A stretch of 61,469 nt of DNA, the filler included. It is 6 parts of 6 records of this genome, joined end to end, with 100 filler letters (N's around TTAATTAATTAA, not from the genome) between each part and the next. Parts side by side here need not be neighbours in the genome. Positions count along the whole stretch, not along the records: positions 55,056 to 61,469 come from SRR20825006_1870; 5 more parts are not named here. The stretch is one strand, 5' to 3'. Of this stretch, positions 57,144 to 61,469 are shown piece by piece. The translations under genes were made by a program, and so were the position numbers. Under the pieces are notes generated by a model. That model saw only the letters and a program-made list of their open reading frames with translations. It was not told where the DNA came from and did not search any database. Positions within the stretch are counted from its first letter, which is position 1. Every line of letters starts with the position of its first letter.

Positions 57144-58964
57144 ATGAAATTATTTACCCGGCTCGGCCTGATTGTTTTACTGTGTTTTTCGGCTTGTAAA
57201 AGCGATAAAAAGGCTGACGAAACGCTTACCGCTTTAGTAGACTGGCAACCTACTCAGGAATATTATAAAATGCATTTAGCCGAAGCGATGCAGTACTTAG
57301 ATTCGTTAGCGGTCATCCCCGCTGAAAGTGCTAAGGCCAAAATCTATTTTAGTAAAGCACGTGTGGCTTTTAAAAAAGCCGAACCCTACGCTTCGTACAT
57401 CAATCCTGTGGTAGGGCATCGTGCTAACGGCCCTGCATTGCCATTTTTAACAGATGATTCTCAAAAGGTTTTGGAGCCCGTGGGACTTCAAAAAATTGAA
57501 GAATCTATTTATGAGGGAATTGAGAACGAGACTGCTTATCAAAAAGAACTGCGTCTCACCAAAGGTTTACTGGAGATTTTAAAAGGAAATATTGCAGAGC
57601 GCGAACTTAACGCTGAACGGTTCTTTATAGCAACATATCAACAGTTGATGCGTATAGTGAGTCTTGCAATTGCCGGTTTTGATACACCCGTAAGCGGATT
57701 GGGTTTGGGAGAAACTCAAGAGTCCTTACAAAGTCTCAGAGATGTTTATGCATTGAGTATACAAGAGCGTGTAAAAGCTGCTGATGCACAGTTAGATCTT
57801 CAATTTCAAGATCAGGTTGAGAAGGCTATTGCGTTTATTGCGACCAACAAAGATTTTGCAACTTTTGATCGCTACACATTTATACGGGAATATTTTAATC
57901 CCATTACGCGCAGTTGGGTGGCGATACGCAAAGCTTCAGACGTATGGGAACCGGTGACTAATAAACCCTATAATTTTGACGCACCTACCTTTTTTGAAGA
58001 AGATTCTTTTAATGTGGAATATTTCAGAGAGATCACAAATCGTAACCCTTCTGAAGCACAAATCGCATTAGGAAAGCGTCTGTTTTTTGACAAAAATCTT
58101 TCGAAAGGAAAAGATATGGCTTGTGTGACCTGTCATGATCCCAAACTAGCCTACACAGACGGGAAGGTGACCAATATGAATAACACCGGTTCGCCGTTAA
58201 AACGGAATTCTCCCACCTTGATTAACTCGGTTTTTCAACGAGCATTTTTCTGGGATGGCAGAGCCGAAACCTTGCTTGCTCAGATTTCAGGGGTATTTAC
58301 CAATAAAGAGGAATTCAACAGTACCGTACACGAATTTTCTGAAGAAGTGTTAACCGATTCCACCTATTATGAAGCTTTCAAAGAAGTATTCGGTACGCGC
58401 AGAAGTTGGACTAATGACGAAACCATCAAAGCACTTTCGGCATACATCAGTACGCTTAATGGTTTCAGTTCAAAGTTCGATAAAAATATGCGTGGAGAAG
58501 AAAACACATTTACTCCGGAAGAAAAACAGGGATTAAACCTATTTATGGGAAAAGCGCTTTGTGCTACCTGTCATTTTATGCCGCTCACCAGTGGGACAGT
58601 GCCTCCCTTTTTTACTGATACAGAGAAAGAAGTGATCGGAGTACCGGAAACTGCTGCAAATAAAGAGCTTGACGACGATCTGGGCTTTTACTTTATGTAC
58701 GAAGAGCCCATACAATTGGGAATGTTCAAGACGCCAACCGTGCGTAACGCGGCACTTACCGCGCCTTATATGCACAACGGTGTGTATGAAAGTTTAGAAG
58801 AAGTTATTGACTTTTACAATAAAGGTGGCGGTGGTGGCCTTGGCTTTGATCTGCCGCATCAAACACTACCGTTTGACAACCTCGAACTTACCGCCGAAGA
58901 ACAGCAAGCTTTGGTAGCTTTCTTAAAAACCCTCACTGATGTACCCGAAGAGGTCGTTTATTAA
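57144..58964 (+). CDS. Di-heme cytochrome c peroxidase/MauG-family lipoprotein with an N-terminal helical domain
   Basis: Lipobox FSAC; CVTCH and CATCH; RNSPTL, FWDGRA, FKTPTVRN, PYMHNG; start moved to MKLFTR (57144). Confidence 0.9.
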   Translation: MKLFTRLGLIVLLCFSACKSDKKADETLTALVDWQPTQEYYKMHLAEAMQYLDSLAVIPAESAKAKIYFSKARVAFKKAEPYASYINPVVGHRANGPALPFLTDDSQKVLEPVGLQKIEESIYEGIENETAYQKELRLTKGLLEILKGNIAERELNAERFFIATYQQLMRIVSLAIAGFDTPVSGLGLGETQESLQSLRDVYALSIQERVKAADAQLDLQFQDQVEKAIAFIATNKDFATFDRYTFIREYFNPITRSWVAIRKASDVWEPVTNKPYNFDAPTFFEEDSFNVEYFREITNRNPSEAQIALGKRLFFDKNLSKGKDMACVTCHDPKLAYTDGKVTNMNNTGSPLKRNSPTLINSVFQRAFFWDGRAETLLAQISGVFTNKEEFNSTVHEFSEEVLTDSTYYEAFKEVFGTRRSWTNDETIKALSAYISTLNGFSSKFDKNMRGEENTFTPEEKQGLNLFMGKALCATCHFMPLTSGTVPPFFTDTEKEVIGVPETAANKELDDDLGFYFMYEEPIQLGMFKTPTVRNAALTAPYMHNGVYESLEEVIDFYNKGGGGGLGFDLPHQTLPFDNLELTAEEQQALVAFLKTLTDVPEEVVY

Positions 58965-58997
58965 GCGTTTAGGATTTCATTAAATTATTTAAATTTT

Positions 58998-59031
58998 AGC
59001 AGCAACTTAACAGGTTGCTGCTTTACCTTTG
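58998..59031 (+). promoter_or_regulatory. Terminator-like hairpin followed by a Bacteroidetes -7 promoter element
   Basis: AGCAGCAAC-TTAACAG-GTTGCTGCT, then TACCTTTG (TAnnTTTG consensus) at 59024-59031. Confidence 0.65.
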
Positions 59032-59039
59032 TGCCTAAT

Positions 59040-59405
59040 ATGAAGGCATTTGTAAAATCTGTTTTTCTCTTCTTGCTACTCCTTTTGGGAGCTGGAGAGT
59101 TTTCTTATGGAGTTACTCCGGCAGATACTTTTGCTCCAGCTGTGCCGGGAGAACACCGTGCATCTGTTCAAGAGGGCAATGACAAGGCGGTTGCAGTCGA
59201 GCAACTTTTGCTTACTGCTCCTGAAGTTTCTTTGCATCAGCAAAAGGATCATTCTCTTAATGGGTCTGATTTTTTGGCAGGTCTAGCTTCAGAGTCTACT
59301 GCGCTACTTACGACACTAAACCTTCAGTATTTGACGCTGTGTGAGCGTATTACACCTTCGCTCAGTCGGCTAGATCTCATTTTCCCTTTTCATTTATTTC
59401 CGTAA
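59040..59405 (+). CDS. Hypothetical exported protein ending IFPFHLFP
   Basis: ATG at 59040, hydrophobic signal LFLLLLLGAG, low-structure middle, aromatic/Pro-rich C-terminus. Confidence 0.7.
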   Translation: MKAFVKSVFLFLLLLLGAGEFSYGVTPADTFAPAVPGEHRASVQEGNDKAVAVEQLLLTAPEVSLHQQKDHSLNGSDFLAGLASESTALLTTLNLQYLTLCERITPSLSRLDLIFPFHLFP

Positions 59406-59515
59406 AGAATTTTAATTTTTTGACTTTAAAAGTCGGGCTTATCCTTTTAAGCTTCGGCTTAGATGCGCTTTATGCATCAAAATGTATTCGACATCGCTAA
59501 AGGTGTTAATACGCA

Positions 59516-59535
59516 GTCCCGATAGCTATTGGGAC
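59516..59535. repeat. Short REP-like palindrome
   Basis: GTCCCGATAGCTATTGGGAC, near-perfect palindrome resembling the CCCGATAGCTATCGGG repeat I recall from Flavobacteriaceae genomes. Confidence 0.5.
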
Positions 59536-59563
59536 GCTTAAAAATTAAACAATTCTTTATCTT

Positions 59564-60067
59564 ATGAAATTAAATATGATTTTGGTTTTTGCCGTTGTGG
59601 TGGGAGCCGTAGCAGTACCTTATATTCTTTTTATTCTTTTTGGATCAAACACTAAAAAACTCAGTACTTTTTTTAAAACCGAAGCAACAAAACAAAACCT
59701 CACTTTTGATAAAACAGAGCAGTGGGCGTCGCGCATCATTGGTATTGATCTTAAAAATAATGTGCTGTTTTACGCACAGTTAGTACAAGAGCAAATCGTG
59801 CACAAAGCGATTGATCTTTCTACAATCTCTCGCGTGAATCTTCTTGAGGATCTACAAACTAAACGTATTGACGGAAAAGTAAGTAGCACTTTAGAGAATC
59901 TTACTTTAGAACTGATACCACAAAACAGTGGAGCGCCAATACTTCTTAATTTTTACGATTCGCTCATAGATTCAGCTCAGAATTTTGAGATGAAGCGTGC
60001 AAGCGCCTGGAAGTCTGATATTCAAAACGCATTAACCGCAAAGCAAGCTGCTGTTGTAGCTGCTTAA
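59564..60067 (+). CDS. Hypothetical membrane-anchored protein
   Basis: 167-aa ORF with one N-terminal TM and an A/T-rich initiation region typical of Bacteroidetes. Confidence 0.75.
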   Translation: MKLNMILVFAVVVGAVAVPYILFILFGSNTKKLSTFFKTEATKQNLTFDKTEQWASRIIGIDLKNNVLFYAQLVQEQIVHKAIDLSTISRVNLLEDLQTKRIDGKVSSTLENLTLELIPQNSGAPILLNFYDSLIDSAQNFEMKRASAWKSDIQNALTAKQAAVVAA

Positions 60068-60093
60068 TTTTGTCTTTTACCCCTTAATTGACG

Positions 60094-60129
60094 AAAAAAC
60101 CTCGGCTGAAAAGCCGAGGTTTTATTTTT
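60094..60129. terminator. Bidirectional intrinsic terminator
   Basis: AAAACCTCGGCT-GAAA-AGCCGAGGTTTT flanked by A and T runs. Confidence 0.85.
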
Positions 60130-60150
60130 AACAAAATAGTTTCTTGAAGC

Positions 60151-61467
60151 TTAATTTTTGTTGTGCTCAAAAAGGTAATTGGTGAGCAAGGTGTATAAAT
60201 GTCTTCGGGTATTCATTCCCTCATAAATACCGTGGGAACGATTAGGATACGCCATCATTGTAAATTGCTTGTTTTGTTTGATGAGTTCGTTAACCAGATA
60301 CTCCATATTTTGGTAATGCACGTTATCGTCCCCGGTACCGTGAACCACCAGTAGATTTCCTTCTAAATTCTTAGCAAAGGTTACCGGAGAACCTTCAATA
60401 AAATCTTCAAGATTTTCCTGCGGAAGTCCCATATAACGCTCTTGATATACATTATCATAAAACAGCTGATTGGCCACTGCGGCTACAGCCATTCCGGTTT
60501 GATAAATTTCAGGATAGCGGAATAACAGATTTAACGTCATTGAGCCACCGCCGCTCCAGCCCCAGACTGAAACCCGATCTTCATCAAGAAAACTCCATTT
60601 TTCTAGTAAAGCTTTAGTCGCCATCGCCTGATCACGCGAATTCACCACACCAACCTTGCGGTAGATTGATTTACGCCACGCGCTACCTTTTAAAGATGGC
60701 GTGCCGCGGTTATCCATATTGATAATCACAAAGCCTTGTTGTGCTAAAAAGATATCGTATAAACCAATGAAATTGTCGGTGGCCATTTGTCCCCAAGGTT
60801 CGCCATATACGTGAAAAAGCACAGGGTATTCTTGAGATTCATCAAAACCTACAGGCTTGGTGATTCTACCTTCAACCAGAATACCGTCTTCGGTTTCTAC
60901 TTGAAAAAATTCGGTTTCCGGAAGCGCCAAGCTGCTTAGTTTCTCTTTTAAACCGGCATTGTCAACCAAGACTTTGATGGTCTTGTGATTAGGCAGACTT
61001 ATCAAGCGTACGGTCGTTGGTTCATCAACACTTGTATGCGAATGAATCGCATACTTTCCGTTTGGTGCGATTTGATAGGTATTGATACCTTCAAATTCTT
61101 CTGGTGTAAGCCGTTTGGGAGTACCTTTTCCTTTTAATGAAGTCGAGAATAAATAACGCTGCGCAGGATCTTCCGGCGAAGCTGAAAAGAATACTTCCTT
61201 ATCTGTTGCGGTATAAAAAGCCGCCACATCGTAGTCGCCCGGAGTTAATAACGTACGCTCGCCGGTTTCTAAACTTACTTTGTAAATATGCCGCCACGCA
61301 TCATTTTCGGTCATTCTTAAAAACTCAGACTTATCCGGTGTTAGAAGCAAATCATTTTTACCCCATTGGTTGGCAGAAACATCGGGATAATCAAGATCTA
61401 CCCAGGTTTCCTCGGTTTCGGTATATACTTCTTTTAGAGCTTTAGAAGAAGGTACATAGGTGTAGAT
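60151..61467 (-). CDS. S9B dipeptidyl-peptidase IV family serine peptidase (5'-partial)
   Basis: GWSGGG nucleophile, HGTGDDNVH, YPNRSHG; frame open to the window end. Confidence 0.93.
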   Translation of the reverse strand: MYTYVPSSKALKEVYTETEETWVDLDYPDVSANQWGKNDLLLTPDKSEFLRMTENDAWRHIYKVSLETGERTLLTPGDYDVAAFYTATDKEVFFSASPEDPAQRYLFSTSLKGKGTPKRLTPEEFEGINTYQIAPNGKYAIHSHTSVDEPTTVRLISLPNHKTIKVLVDNAGLKEKLSSLALPETEFFQVETEDGILVEGRITKPVGFDESQEYPVLFHVYGEPWGQMATDNFIGLYDIFLAQQGFVIINMDNRGTPSLKGSAWRKSIYRKVGVVNSRDQAMATKALLEKWSFLDEDRVSVWGWSGGGSMTLNLLFRYPEIYQTGMAVAAVANQLFYDNVYQERYMGLPQENLEDFIEGSPVTFAKNLEGNLLVVHGTGDDNVHYQNMEYLVNELIKQNKQFTMMAYPNRSHGIYEGMNTRRHLYTLLTNYLFEHNKN

Positions 61468-61469
61468 CT

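Overview
The window is not one locus. It is six unrelated contigs joined by five artificial 100-nt linkers (N44-TTAATTAATTAA-N44 at 16368-16467, 30544-30643, 39538-39637, 48864-48963, 54956-55055), so gene-neighbourhood arguments hold only within a contig. Contig 1 (1-16367, GC-rich alphaproteobacterium, Devosia/rhizobia-like) carries phnD-phnE-phnE, a LacI-type regulator with a sugar-acid operon (IlvD/Edd dehydratase, DapA-family, RraA-family), and a MarR-associated cluster of four family III CoA-transferase-fold genes, two 2-hydroxyacyl-CoA dehydratase (HAD)-like subunits and a TRAP DctP. Contigs 2-5 are mostly Rhodobacteraceae-type housekeeping regions (kpsT/kpsE, nhaA, arsR-permease, mreBCD-mrdA-rodA; yidC-ttcA-yidD-rnpA-rpmH; carA, GT2, UbiH family, Lrp pair, ilvC; zwf-pgl-pgi), and three contig ends break inside tRNA genes. 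Contig 6 (55056-61469) is AT-rich and Flavobacteriaceae-like: bcp, a PhoX-like lipoprotein, a MauG-type di-heme protein, two hypothetical genes and a DPP-IV peptidase. Best candidates for new biology: (1) a HAD-like heterodimer whose [4Fe-4S] cysteine ligands appear replaced, mostly by Asp, with no activator ATPase in view, beside a BbsEF-like CoA-transferase pair, a racemase-like gene and three copies of a putative MarR operator; (2) a PhoX-like lipoprotein paired with a His/Tyr-ligated MauG-like lipoprotein; (3) an exported small ORF ending IFPFHLFP that could be a ribosome-arrest leader; (4) an MshEN-like/GT2 polysaccharide synthase with a CtrA box; (5) two ~110-bp TAAAGC-ended palindromic elements that overlap stop codons. 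All family alignments were made by eye against recalled reference sequences and need computational confirmation.
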